DNA of 17,702 nt from Gemmatimonadota bacterium (GTDB lineage Bacteria; Latescibacterota; UBA2968; UBA8231): positions 1 through 17,702 of the forward strand of contig JAYPJE010000074.1 in assembly GCA_038128265.1 (NCBI GenBank), in the 5' to 3' direction. Below the pieces are notes generated by a model. The model did no database searches. It worked only from the letters and a program-made list of their open reading frames with translations, and was not told the origin of the DNA. Shown here in pieces: positions 7,703 to 15,040 of the stretch. Each line of letters starts with the position of its first letter. The first letter of the stretch is position 1. A program made the position numbers and the translations under genes.

Positions 7703-10006
7703 TTAATAGGCGACAGAGACGAGGCGGTGCTCGACGCGCTCGAAGGCATCGCCCTGTGCGCGCAGGCTCAGTATGTATGCGCCGGGTGGCACGAGGCGTC
7801 CCTGCTCGTCGCGCCCGTCCCAATGCAGGGCGACGCGTCCAGCCGATATAGAGGCGTCGGCCGCGGTGACTACGTGGCGGCCAGCCAGGTCGTAGATGGC
7901 CAGTTCGACCGGGCGCGGGTCGATTATTTTTAGCAGGTCGAAATCGACCGTGACGGCGTCGTTTATGCCGTCGCCGTTGGGCGTTATGACGGCCGTGGAG
8001 AGAGCGAGGTTGTCGAGCAGACGTCCGTTGGACGGCAGGGCGACAAAGGTCACGCCGCTGTCAATGCGCTCGTCGGCATCGCCTGGGTCGACGGGCTGGC
8101 GCACCTGCGATCCCAGCGCGCTGTTAAACAGGAAGGCGTCAAAGCGCGTTTGGTTGAGAAAGAGCGTGCTTTGGATATCGATTTCGACCAGCGCCGAGCG
8201 GCGTATGGGCGCAGAGAGCGTGAGCAGCACGCCCCGGTCGACGGGTTCGGCGTCTACGTCGACCGGATTGCCGTCGACGCGCAGCTCTTTAAAGTGGAGT
8301 CCGGCGCTGCTGGAAAGCTGTATTTGATCAAAGCCGCGGCTGGCAGCTACCATGTTGGAGCGCAGGTAGTAGGTGAAGTCGCTTGCCTCGCCGGGCAGAG
8401 CCTGGCGCGGAAAAATCTCGGCGCGGGTCGACTGGGCGAGCGGCTGGTTGTACTCGATGCGGATGTCGTCGAGCACGGCGCTGACCTGCGGATCCTCGGA
8501 GGCGAAGCGCAGCTCCAACTGCACGTAGCGACGCGGTGCCGGCGAGAGGAAGAGCTGGCCAGAGTCGGCATAGGGTCGGCTCCAGGTGCTCCAATCGGGA
8601 CCGGCCGTGCGCAGCGTGTCGATTGGACCGCGAAAAGATGGTATGAGCTTGTCGTAGCGCGTCTGCGTCACTTCTTTGCCGTTTTTATCGTAGAAGACGT
8701 ATTGCTCCTGCAGCTCATTGCCCGTGCGGCTGCGCAGCTCCATGCGCGCGCCGCTCGGCATCTCGGCGCTCCAGTGTAGCGCGGTGATGTGTTGGACGGA
8801 GCCAAAGTCAAAAATGGGCGATAGGCCAACTGCTTCGGCCGGATGGCCGTAGCCAAAGACCTGCCATTCGGCCGTGGTGCCAATGCGGCCATTAAAGGCC
8901 TGAATGCCGTCGGACATGGGGAAGAACAGGCGGACGTGGCGCACCTTGCGCAGCGGAAAGTGCTCCTCAAAGTGGACGATGCCCTGCAGGTTGCGCGGGT
9001 CCGAAGGGAGCTCGCCCATGAGCTCCCAGCGCAGCGAGCCGTCTACCGAGCGCGAGCCATCGGAGGTGTAGAACTGGTACCACAGATAGTTAAACGTGCC
9101 GCCGCGGTGGTAGCCGGCGCCGCGGCCCGGGGCAATGCCGGAACCGTCGCCGAGCATGCGCACGGTATCGACCCAGAATAGCGCGCCCAGGTCCAGTTCG
9201 AACTGCCCGAACTGCTGTTCGGGCTGGGCCCCGGAGCCGCCGCGGTGGGCCGTTCCCCAATAGGTCGTGATATCGCCGTCGACCAGCGTATTGCTAATGC
9301 CGATGCTCTCAACCAGTTCGCGGCCAAAGGTCGATCCTACTTCGGATATGATGGTCACGCCGCCGCCGCGCTCCCAGATGCCCAGCGATATATTGTCTCC
9401 GATGCTCTCAACGATTACTTCGCCCAGGCGGATGTCCAGATCGGCTTGGGTGCGGTCGGCCTCAATTCGAATGTATTGGAGGGGATTCTTTTCAAAGTCG
9501 ATGGCGATGGTGCGCTCTGTGTTAAAGCTGTAACTGGTGCTCTTGTTGTAGCGCAGCGAGCCGGGGATAATGGAGTTGGCGTTGTTGAAAAACGGTTCGC
9601 CGTCGGATGTAAGAATGCGAAAAAACTCGAGCGGTGCCCCGTCCTGGGCAAAGCGCAGCTCGATGCTGCGCGCAGACACGACTCGGCCCAGATCGATCTC
9701 GATCCACCACGTGTCGGTTGATTTCGTAGGATCGGGAGACCAATAGGTCGACTCGTCGCCGTCGATGAGGTTGTTGGCCTGTTCGGCGTGCGAGCCGACG
9801 TCGCGAATGCCGCCGCCAAACTGCGCGGCGTTGGCCACGGCGTTGATGTCGCGGCGGACAAAGCCCGGGCGCAGGCTGCCGCCGTCGATTGAAATGGCGT
9901 CGCCTGGCAGCTGCCAGCGGGCCCAGTCGCTCGGCGTGGTGATGAGCAGTTCGTCGGCAACCAAGGGGCTGCAGACCAGCAGCAGGATGCAAAAAGCGCG
10001 TTTCAT
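7703..10006 (-). CDS. Secreted 767-aa protein with two discoidin (F5/8 type C)-like modules and a C-terminal FlgD-Ig / gliding-motility-CTD-like domain
   Basis: GGAG RBS before ATG at 10006 and a Sec-type signal peptide MKRAFCILLLVCSPLVA. NLIDGDESTYW...WIEIDLG and TLVDGDITTYW...FELDLG repeats. C-terminal ITPNGDGIND...IYDLAGRHV...WDGRDEQGRLVPPGAYI. Confidence 0.85.
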   Translation of the reverse strand: MKRAFCILLLVCSPLVADELLITTPSDWARWQLPGDAISIDGGSLRPGFVRRDINAVANAAQFGGGIRDVGSHAEQANNLIDGDESTYWSPDPTKSTDTWWIEIDLGRVVSARSIELRFAQDGAPLEFFRILTSDGEPFFNNANSIIPGSLRYNKSTSYSFNTERTIAIDFEKNPLQYIRIEADRTQADLDIRLGEVIVESIGDNISLGIWERGGGVTIISEVGSTFGRELVESIGISNTLVDGDITTYWGTAHRGGSGAQPEQQFGQFELDLGALFWVDTVRMLGDGSGIAPGRGAGYHRGGTFNYLWYQFYTSDGSRSVDGSLRWELMGELPSDPRNLQGIVHFEEHFPLRKVRHVRLFFPMSDGIQAFNGRIGTTAEWQVFGYGHPAEAVGLSPIFDFGSVQHITALHWSAEMPSGARMELRSRTGNELQEQYVFYDKNGKEVTQTRYDKLIPSFRGPIDTLRTAGPDWSTWSRPYADSGQLFLSPAPRRYVQLELRFASEDPQVSAVLDDIRIEYNQPLAQSTRAEIFPRQALPGEASDFTYYLRSNMVAASRGFDQIQLSSSAGLHFKELRVDGNPVDVDAEPVDRGVLLTLSAPIRRSALVEIDIQSTLFLNQTRFDAFLFNSALGSQVRQPVDPGDADERIDSGVTFVALPSNGRLLDNLALSTAVITPNGDGINDAVTVDFDLLKIIDPRPVELAIYDLAGRHVVTAADASISAGRVALHWDGRDEQGRLVPPGAYILSLRAQGDAFERVEHRLVSVAY

Positions 10007-10076
10007 GTTGAATCTCCGGTGCATCGGCCCGTGCGGATGTGCTCCCATGAAGCCCATGGGGGTAGCCCTATGGAGA

Positions 10077-10105
10077 ATTATATCGTTGAGGGTGTGGGTG
10101 GGCAA
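10077..10105 (-). promoter_or_regulatory. Sigma70-type promoter for the secreted protein gene and possibly downstream genes
   Basis: Minus strand TTGCCC (10105-10100), 17-nt spacer, perfect TATAAT (10082-10077), about 70 nt upstream of ATG 10006. Confidence 0.7.
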
Positions 10106-10125
10106 GGGTGGGGCAGGTTCGGTGC

Positions 10126-10165
10126 CCCGCGAGGATTGAGACCCGTATGGTGCGATCCTCGCGGG
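10126..10165 (-). terminator. Strong stem-loop downstream of the Zn-dehydrogenase gene (terminator or mRNA-stabilising hairpin)
   Basis: CCCGCGAGGAT (10126-10136) pairs perfectly with ATCCTCGCGGG (10155-10165), 21 nt after the stop at 10187. No U-tract follows, so it is not a canonical intrinsic terminator. Confidence 0.5.
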
Positions 10166-10186
10166 ACATTAGGGATAGATCGCTGC

Positions 10187-11314
10187 CTAACGACCGGGTT
10201 CGATGACGACCTTCATTGACCCTTCGCTGCCGGTGATGTCGATGCCCTCTGCAATGGAAGACAGCGGCAGGCGATGGGTTATAAACTGGTCGAGCGGCGC
10301 CTTGGTCGCCTTGAGAAAGGACAGCGCCGTTTTAAACTGCATGGCCGGATAGGCCCACATGCCGCGGATATCGATGTCTTTAAAGCAGACGATGTGCGGG
10401 TGGATTTCGACGGCGCCCGGATCGGTGAAGTGGCCGACCTCGACGACGATGCCGCCGCGCCGCACCAGGTCGAGCGATTCTTTAAAGGCGACCGGCACGC
10501 CGGCTGTTTCGATAACGATGTCGGGGCCGACGCCGTCGCATAGTTCGGCCAGATGGGCCTGGCGCTCTTCGAGCGCGGTCTGACCTACGTCGATAACCGT
10601 ATGCGCGCCCATGGCCTGGGCCAGCGCTAGGCGCGATGCACTCAGGTCGGCGGCAATAATTCGATCGGTGCCGACGTGTGCCAGCGCGGCAATGACCAGC
10701 TGGCCTATGGGGCCGGCGCCCATGACCAGCACGGATTTATCCATGCCGAGCCCCTCGCCGATATGGGGTATGCCGGGCCCGAGGGCGCGCTCGACGGCGC
10801 GCGTGGCCACGGCGGCCGGCTCGGTGAGCACGGCGTACTCGGAGGGCAGTTCGTCGGGGATTTTAAAGACCCACGAGCGGTTCGTCATATGCATATACTG
10901 TGAGAAGCCGCCGCGCGGCGCCGGCGCCATGTCGGCCGATACAAAGCCGTAGACAAAGCGGCTGGAGCAGAGGGTGGGCCGCTGCGGCATGTGCAGGCAG
11001 TAGTGGCAGCGGCCGCAGGCCGTCGAAGAGGGCGTCGTCGTAATGCGATCGCCCTCCTTGACCGGTCCGCCGACGATGGCCATGTGGTCGGCGGCTTTGG
11101 AACCGAGTTCGGCGATGGTGCCGACCAATTCGTGTCCGGGCACGACGGGAAACTGTAGGCCCATATGGCCGGCGTACATGTGCTTGTCGCTGCCGCAGAT
11201 ACCGGTGCGCTCAACGGACAGGAGCAGCTCGTCTTGGCCAATGGAAGGGCGTGCAAATTCGCGCACTTCGATCGTGCCCGGCTCGAGCATCACGGCAGAT
11301 TGAATGGTGGCCAT
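10187..11314 (-). CDS. Zinc-dependent medium-chain alcohol/polyol dehydrogenase
   Basis: GICGSDKH and PGHE catalytic Zn ligands, CGRCHYC...C structural Zn, TEPAAVA, GAGPIG Rossmann motif with downstream Asp (ADLS; NAD-type). AAGGA RBS before ATG 11314 (MATIQSAVM); 375 aa. Confidence 0.93.
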   Translation of the reverse strand: MATIQSAVMLEPGTIEVREFARPSIGQDELLLSVERTGICGSDKHMYAGHMGLQFPVVPGHELVGTIAELGSKAADHMAIVGGPVKEGDRITTTPSSTACGRCHYCLHMPQRPTLCSSRFVYGFVSADMAPAPRGGFSQYMHMTNRSWVFKIPDELPSEYAVLTEPAAVATRAVERALGPGIPHIGEGLGMDKSVLVMGAGPIGQLVIAALAHVGTDRIIAADLSASRLALAQAMGAHTVIDVGQTALEERQAHLAELCDGVGPDIVIETAGVPVAFKESLDLVRRGGIVVEVGHFTDPGAVEIHPHIVCFKDIDIRGMWAYPAMQFKTALSFLKATKAPLDQFITHRLPLSSIAEGIDITGSEGSMKVVIEPGR

Positions 11315-11357
11315 AGTCGATTCCTTGCCTGAGAAGTGTGGAGGCGCTGTGAAGGCG

Positions 11358-12467
11358 CTAGCGGACCTTGCCGCGCGCAGCGATCGGCCATACCTCGACG
11401 AGCTGGCCATCGCGCATGGCGTAGAGGTAGTCGTGCAAATTGACGGTGGTGCAGCCGTGGCCCGGAATAAACTCGAGCACGTCGCCCACCTCTATATCGG
11501 TGCAGGCGCCGCCGTCGAGCGTGCGCAGGCGGCCGTGCTCTTCAGACAGGGCGTGGCACTCCAAATCAGATCGGTCTTTGACGAGGGGGAAGCCGTGCTC
11601 GGGCGTCAAGGATTTGAGGCCGGCATCCGTAATGACCTGGTGCGGCGTTGGGCGGCTGCCCACGGTCGTCAGCACGGTGAGGGCGTTTTGGAAGCCGAGT
11701 CCGAGGCGTCCGTAGGCCGCGTCCATCAGCGCGTACGATCCGGCCTGCACCTCGGTAATGCCGTCAAAAGTCGTGCTGACGTAATAGTCACCGGTGGCCG
11801 AAGACGAGCAGATGCCGACGTCGATGCCGGCTGCTTCAATGTCGGCGCGCGCATCGACTAAGCGCTGCAGGCACTCGCGCGCCTTCCCTTCGCGCTCGGC
11901 ATCGTCCTCTAGATCGACGACGTGGCCTTCGTAGCCCATGATGCCAGCAAAGCGCAGGTGCGCCGCGTCGACTGTGCGTTGGGCCAGTGCGACGGCGTTT
12001 TGGCCGGGCGTTGCTCCGCAGCGGTTGTGGCCGATATTGACTTCGACGAGCACGCGCGGGGCGACGCCGTGGGCCGCAGCCGCTTCGCTGAGGGCGTCGA
12101 GGTTGGTCGGATGGTCGACGGCGACCATGATATCGCAGCGCGCAGCCAGACGCATCAGGCGCTCGATCTTTTTCGTCCCAACGACTTCGTTGGCAATCAG
12201 GATATCTTGGATGCCGGCGTCGGCCATGACCTCGGCCTCGCCGAGCTTGGCACAGGTAATGCCCAGGGCGCCGGCCTCGAGCTGGCGCTGGGCGATGGCC
12301 GGGGTTTTGTGCGACTTGCTGTGCGGTCGCAGGTGCTTGCCCGTGGCGCGAAAGTGGGCAGCCATTTTCTCAATGTTGTAATCGAGGGCATCGAGATCGA
12401 CGAGCAGCACGGGCGTGTCGATCTCGTCGCGATGCATGCCTATATAATCACCTGCGGGCAGCTGCAT
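11358..12467 (-). CDS. Fold-type III PLP enzyme, DSD1 / D-threonine aldolase / D-serine dehydratase-like family
   Basis: 369 aa. DTPVLLVDLD, LRPHSKSHK (PLP lysine), CAKLGEAEVM, GIMGYEGH, EVQAGSY, DAGLKSL, LSEEHG and IPGHGCTTVNL (His/Cys metal ligands). GGAG RBS. Confidence 0.93.
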   Translation of the reverse strand: MQLPAGDYIGMHRDEIDTPVLLVDLDALDYNIEKMAAHFRATGKHLRPHSKSHKTPAIAQRQLEAGALGITCAKLGEAEVMADAGIQDILIANEVVGTKKIERLMRLAARCDIMVAVDHPTNLDALSEAAAAHGVAPRVLVEVNIGHNRCGATPGQNAVALAQRTVDAAHLRFAGIMGYEGHVVDLEDDAEREGKARECLQRLVDARADIEAAGIDVGICSSSATGDYYVSTTFDGITEVQAGSYALMDAAYGRLGLGFQNALTVLTTVGSRPTPHQVITDAGLKSLTPEHGFPLVKDRSDLECHALSEEHGRLRTLDGGACTDIEVGDVLEFIPGHGCTTVNLHDYLYAMRDGQLVEVWPIAARGKVR

Positions 12468-12503
12468 GGGTTAAGCTCCGTTGCGGAAAGAAGATTGGTG
12501 TGT

Positions 12504-13763
12504 TCAGAAGTGCAGCGGCAGATCGCCGTTGGCGTCAAATGCCATCTCGCTGGCTTCCTCGACGATGGACAGGTCCTCGCGCGCTTCAACTTCAGCGCGA
12601 TAGGCTTCCGAGACGAGCAATTCACCCAAGTCCAGCGTATTGTGAATGCGCAGGATCTTCTCCTCGCCGGGTTCGCGCAGGCCGACGGTTTGCAGCGCCT
12701 TCTCAATGCAGATTTGATCGGTGTCAAAGTAGAGCGGAATGTGCGCGCCGGAGGGGTGGTTGCCCGTCATGCAGTTGATGTAGGTGATTTCGCGATCCAT
12801 CTCGTCGACGGCGCGCCGGTGCGCGTATTCGGCCGTGCCGATGCCCGAGGCGTTGCCGTGCGTTTCCGGCGTCAGGCCGCGCACGAGGATGCGCGTGACC
12901 TTGGGGTACTCCTTTTCGGCGGCGTGGTTGTCGTGGAACTTGCGCCCGACGACGTTGGTGTCCATGCCCGCGCCGGAAATATTCTTGCCGATCTCGTCGA
13001 CGATGAGCAGGTCGACGTGGTCAAAGGGCAGGCGCGGCATCCACTTTTTGGCCAGCACGAGCAGCTCTTTTTCGCGCTCGACAAATTCTTCGGGTGCGAC
13101 GCCTTTGAGCAGCGCCGTCTTGTCGTACTGGTTTTCGACGATGCCCAGGCCCAGCAGCACGCCGCACTTTTCGATGACCTGCTGGCCCACCGAGCGGATA
13201 ATGCGGTCAAAGCTGTAGTGGACGATGGCCTGATGGTAGAGCGCCGCACCTTTATGCTTTCCTAAGCCTATGAGCATCATTTTGTGCAGGCCGCTCTCTA
13301 TTTCACCAACGAAGTCGGTGTGCGGCTTAATGCGCCCGACCACGGCGACGTGGTCCGCCTCAAAGGCGTACTTGTCGAAAAAGACCGGCACGCCGTCTTC
13401 TGTTTGACCGACCTGCACCGTTTCCATACTCGCTTTGATCGGCGCGCCAACGTATTCCTCGGTGACGCCATAGCCCTCGATAATTTCGCGCTGCGCCTCG
13501 GCTACGCCGCCGCCGTGGCTGCCCATGGCCGGGACGAGAAAGGGCGCTAGGCCGAGGGCCTTGAGTTCCTCGACCAGCGACTTGGTGATCAGGGCAATGT
13601 TATTGATGCCGCGGCTGCCGACGGAGACGGCCACCGACTGACCCGGCTCGACGCGCGATGCCAGGTTGAGGCGGGCGATTTCTTCTTTGACAGCGGCGGG
13701 GATATCCTCCACGGTCGGTGCGTCGAAGTGCTGGCGTATGCGCAGCATGCGGGGAAAGGACAT
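12504..13763 (-). CDS. LarA-superfamily (lactate racemase domain) nickel-pincer-dependent racemase/epimerase homologue
   Basis: 419 aa. VAVSVGSRGI, PAMGSHGG, GRIKPHTDF, ESGLHKMMLIGLG and GKNISGAGMD motifs typical of a divergent LarA-like group. AGGAG RBS overlaps the upstream stop. Substrate cannot be inferred. Confidence 0.82.
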   Translation of the reverse strand: MSFPRMLRIRQHFDAPTVEDIPAAVKEEIARLNLASRVEPGQSVAVSVGSRGINNIALITKSLVEELKALGLAPFLVPAMGSHGGGVAEAQREIIEGYGVTEEYVGAPIKASMETVQVGQTEDGVPVFFDKYAFEADHVAVVGRIKPHTDFVGEIESGLHKMMLIGLGKHKGAALYHQAIVHYSFDRIIRSVGQQVIEKCGVLLGLGIVENQYDKTALLKGVAPEEFVEREKELLVLAKKWMPRLPFDHVDLLIVDEIGKNISGAGMDTNVVGRKFHDNHAAEKEYPKVTRILVRGLTPETHGNASGIGTAEYAHRRAVDEMDREITYINCMTGNHPSGAHIPLYFDTDQICIEKALQTVGLREPGEEKILRIHNTLDLGELLVSEAYRAEVEAREDLSIVEEASEMAFDANGDLPLHF

Positions 13764-13773
13764 GGCGGCTCTC

Positions 13774-14925
13774 CTATATGGCTTCGCTAAAAATGGCTTC
13801 GATATCGGTTTGCTGGGTCTTGCGCGGATTGACTGCGACGTTGCCGCTGGTCATGGCGGCGGCGCTCATTTTTTTAATGCCAGTTCGCTTGACGCCGTAG
13901 GCGCTCAGCTTAGCCGGAATGCGCAGGTCGCCGTTGAGTTCCCATACGCAGTCAATAGCAGCCTGCGCTGCTTCGCGTTGCTCCATGCCGTACGTATCAA
14001 CGCCCAGCGCAGCGGCGATGGTAGCGAATTTTTCCAGTCTACTGGGTAGGTTGAACTCCATGACATAGGGCAGTAAAATGGCGTTGGCTAGACCGTGGTG
14101 AATGCCATACTGTGCTCCTGCTGGGTGCGACATAGCGTGCACGTTGCCCAGACGCGTCTGTGAGAAGGCGATTCCCGCCAGCATGGAAGCGACGAGCATG
14201 TTCTGCGTAGCGTCGACTTCGTGGTCGTTGGCACAGGCTAGGCGCAGATTGGCGCCGATGAGGCGAATCGCTTGCAGGGCCAGCCCCTCGGATACGGGGT
14301 TGGCGAGTAGGTTGGTATAGCTCTCAATGGCGTGCGTGAGTGCATCCATACCCGTTGGGCCGCCGACCGAGGCTGGCAGCGCCGTGCACAGCTCGGCATC
14401 TAGAATGCCGACAAGTGGAGCGATTTTCCAGCTTATTACGGGATCTTTGTTTTGCGTCTTGGGATTGGTGAGCACGGCAAAGGGTGTCACCTCACTGCCC
14501 GTGCCATAGGTCGTGGCGAGGCAGTAGAGCGGCGGAATAGGATCGGTTACCTTGTTGGATCCCAAGTAGTCTTCTATGCGGCCGCCGTGTTGAGCGACTA
14601 CGCCGATCATCTTGGCCACATCCATCGGCGAGCCGCCGCCTATGGCGACGATGGCACTGCACTTGGCCTTGTGATAGAGGCGTGCACCGGCGTGCACGCA
14701 GCGCGCCGGCGGGTTGGGCAGTGCGCCGGCGTAGAGCTCGTATTCTATGGATGCATCGTCGAGGATGCTCAATACCTGCCCGACGACGCCGGCCTCCACT
14801 AATCCCCGGTCAGTGACGATAAGCGCTTTTTCTCCCACGATAAAATCGGCCAGTTGTGCCCGTGAGCCGGGGCCGTGCACGACCTGGGTTGGGCTGCGAA
14901 AATCAAAATGGTTCTGCAGTGCCAT
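13774..14925 (-). CDS. Iron-containing (family III) alcohol dehydrogenase
   Basis: LIVTD, GGGSPMDVAK, TTYGTGSEVT, GMDALTHAIE, VHAMSH and HHGLANAILLP motifs. ATG at 14925 (MALQNHFDF); the track start at 14988 lies inside the promoter. 383 aa. Confidence 0.94.
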   Translation of the reverse strand: MALQNHFDFRSPTQVVHGPGSRAQLADFIVGEKALIVTDRGLVEAGVVGQVLSILDDASIEYELYAGALPNPPARCVHAGARLYHKAKCSAIVAIGGGSPMDVAKMIGVVAQHGGRIEDYLGSNKVTDPIPPLYCLATTYGTGSEVTPFAVLTNPKTQNKDPVISWKIAPLVGILDAELCTALPASVGGPTGMDALTHAIESYTNLLANPVSEGLALQAIRLIGANLRLACANDHEVDATQNMLVASMLAGIAFSQTRLGNVHAMSHPAGAQYGIHHGLANAILLPYVMEFNLPSRLEKFATIAAALGVDTYGMEQREAAQAAIDCVWELNGDLRIPAKLSAYGVKRTGIKKMSAAAMTSGNVAVNPRKTQQTDIEAIFSEAI

Positions 14926-14965
14926 ATCGTTTCTCTGAATAAAAAAATGCGAGGGCGAGAGGGAA

Positions 14966-14995
14966 AACTTAGCGATGCTGTTGGCCAAGTGTCAA
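14966..14995 (-). promoter_or_regulatory. Sigma70-type promoter heading the Fe-ADH / LarA-like / PLP enzyme / Zn-ADH operon
   Basis: Perfect TTGACA (14995-14990), 18-nt spacer containing the palindrome TTGGCCAA (14981-14988), TAAGTT (14971-14966). Confidence 0.65.
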
Positions 14996-15040
14996 GAAAG
15001 CGCCTTCAGTCTTCTAGCCTAGGGAAAGGACAAGTGCCGC

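Noticed and set aside
7703..8000. Flagellar hook-capping gene flgD
   Set aside because: Only the FlgD-Ig-like tail is present, on a large Sec-secreted protein with no flagellar genes nearby.
10007..10105. 33-aa N-terminal extension of the secreted protein
   Set aside because: The TTG 'start' is the -35 box; the RBS and signal peptide point to ATG 10006.
11922..13265. 447-aa plus-strand ORF
   Set aside because: Antisense shadow of the LarA-like and PLP enzyme genes; no motifs, and long stop-free antisense frames are expected in GC-rich coding DNA.
13774..14925. Fe-ADH appears to use more A/T-ending codons than its neighbours, suggesting horizontal transfer
   Set aside because: An impression only; GC3 was not computed, there are no mobility signatures, and the gene is tightly coupled to the next one.
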